Below, one piece after another: positions 23,311-24,000 of a stretch of 24,000 nucleotides of DNA (position 1 is its first letter; every line of letters starts with the position of its first letter). Source of the stretch: an uncultured Dehalococcoidales bacterium (lineage in GTDB: Bacteria; Chloroflexota; UBA6077; FW602-bin22; JAMCYS01); contig CAZMKF010000022.1 of NCBI GenBank assembly GCA_964566935.1, positions 7,442 to 31,441 on the forward strand, in the 5' to 3' direction. The notes under the pieces are model-generated. The model saw only the letters and a list, made by a program, of their open reading frames with translations, made no database searches and was not told where the DNA came from. The translations under genes were made by a program, and so were the position numbers.

Positions 23311-24000
23311 CTAGTTGAAGCGAATGCGCGGGTCGATATAGCCGTAGAGAATATCGGTAATCAGATTGGCGAACAACACCGCCACCGCCAACACCAGAAT
23401 GACCCCCTGCACCATGGGAAAGTCGCGGTAGTTGATCGAATCCACCGCCAGCCGCCCCACGCCCGGAATGGCGAAGATCTGCTCTACCACCACTGCGCCA
23501 CCGAAGAGGCGGCCGGTCTGCAGACCAATCACCGTCACCACCGGGATTAGCGCGTTCTTGAGCGCATGGCGGTTGACCACCACCGCCTCGGCTAGTCCCT
23601 TAGCACGGGCGGTGACAATGAAATCCTGCTGCAGAACTTCGAGCAACGCAGAGCGGATCTGTCGCATCACCACGGCCGCCGTGCCGGTGGCGAGCGTGAA
23701 GGCCGGCATCAGCAGCAGTTTGAATGATTGCCCGGGGTCGTCCAGGGGCGAGACGAAACCAGAGGGGGGCAGCCAGCGCAGAAAGACGCCGAAGAAAAAG
23801 ATGAGCATGATGCCCAGCCAGAAGTGGGGCATGGCAACCCCGCTGAGCGCGAATATGGTGCCGGCGATGTCAGCCTTGGAGTTTGGGCGCACGGCGGAAA
23901 TGATGCCCACTGGAATGGAGATCAGTAGAGCGACGATGATCGCGGCAAACGTCAGCACCAGCGTGACCGGCAGGCGCTCCAGGATTCCGTCCATCACTGG
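23311..24000 (-). CDS. ABC transporter permease, DppB/OppB-like; N-terminus beyond the right window edge
   Basis: LERLPVTLVLTFAAIIVALLISIPVGIISAV..., TARAKGLAEAVVVNRHALKNALIPVVTVIGLQ and the C-terminal YGYIDPRIRFN are signatures of the first permease of peptide/nickel ABC importers. The reading frame is open to position 24000. Confidence 0.9.
   Translation of the reverse strand, partial: PVMDGILERLPVTLVLTFAAIIVALLISIPVGIISAVRPNSKADIAGTIFALSGVAMPHFWLGIMLIFFFGVFLRWLPPSGFVSPLDDPGQSFKLLLMPAFTLATGTAAVVMRQIRSALLEVLQQDFIVTARAKGLAEAVVVNRHALKNALIPVVTVIGLQTGRLFGGAVVVEQIFAIPGVGRLAVDSINYRDFPMVQGVILVLAVAVLFANLITDILYGYIDPRIRFN

Overview
High-GC bacterial chromosomal segment containing dnaA and a probable replication origin. 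The DnaA N-terminus and the Ala/Thr-rich lipoprotein tethers suggest a Chloroflexota-like organism, but I cannot verify this.

Gene order, left to right:
- Minus strand: cysE (partial), a MerR/TipAS-type regulator, a YeiH-family membrane protein, a VWA protein with a MoxR-like AAA+ ATPase, nadD, obg, a DinB-family protein, an AT-enriched gap with two perfect DnaA boxes, and dnaA.
- Then a single-domain Mop/TOBE molybdate-binding protein (+), an OmpR-family response regulator with an atypical receiver (+), and a 921-aa polytopic membrane protein with a degenerate GGDEF plus an intact HD-GYP domain (-).
- A ModE-N-terminal-like HTH protein followed by tupABC tungstate ABC transporter genes (+).
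- An HTH_34-like regulator with an ABC-2 exporter (-), and a LolA-like lipoprotein (+).
- The distal part of a peptide/nickel-type ABC importer: two permeases and a Tat-lipoprotein binding protein (-).

I recognised no rRNA, tRNA, CRISPR array, transposase, integrase or phage genes. Most other ORFs in the six-frame track are antisense or out-of-frame shadows typical of GC-rich DNA.

I did not find a convincing new multi-gene system such as a defence island. The region reads as origin-proximal core chromosome. The leads most worth a second look are:
- the origin layout, with DnaA boxes downstream of dnaA and no dnaN;
- a ModE function that appears split over separate genes, with c-di-GMP and response-regulator genes in between;
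- the dual-membrane-module GGDEF(degenerate)/HD-GYP protein;
- the atypical receiver domain;
- the separately promoted AAA+/VWA pair with an Asn in place of the Walker B Asp;
- a shared repetitive Ala/Thr/Lys tether in all three predicted lipoproteins.

All calls come from reading the sequence and translations by eye. No database search was run.
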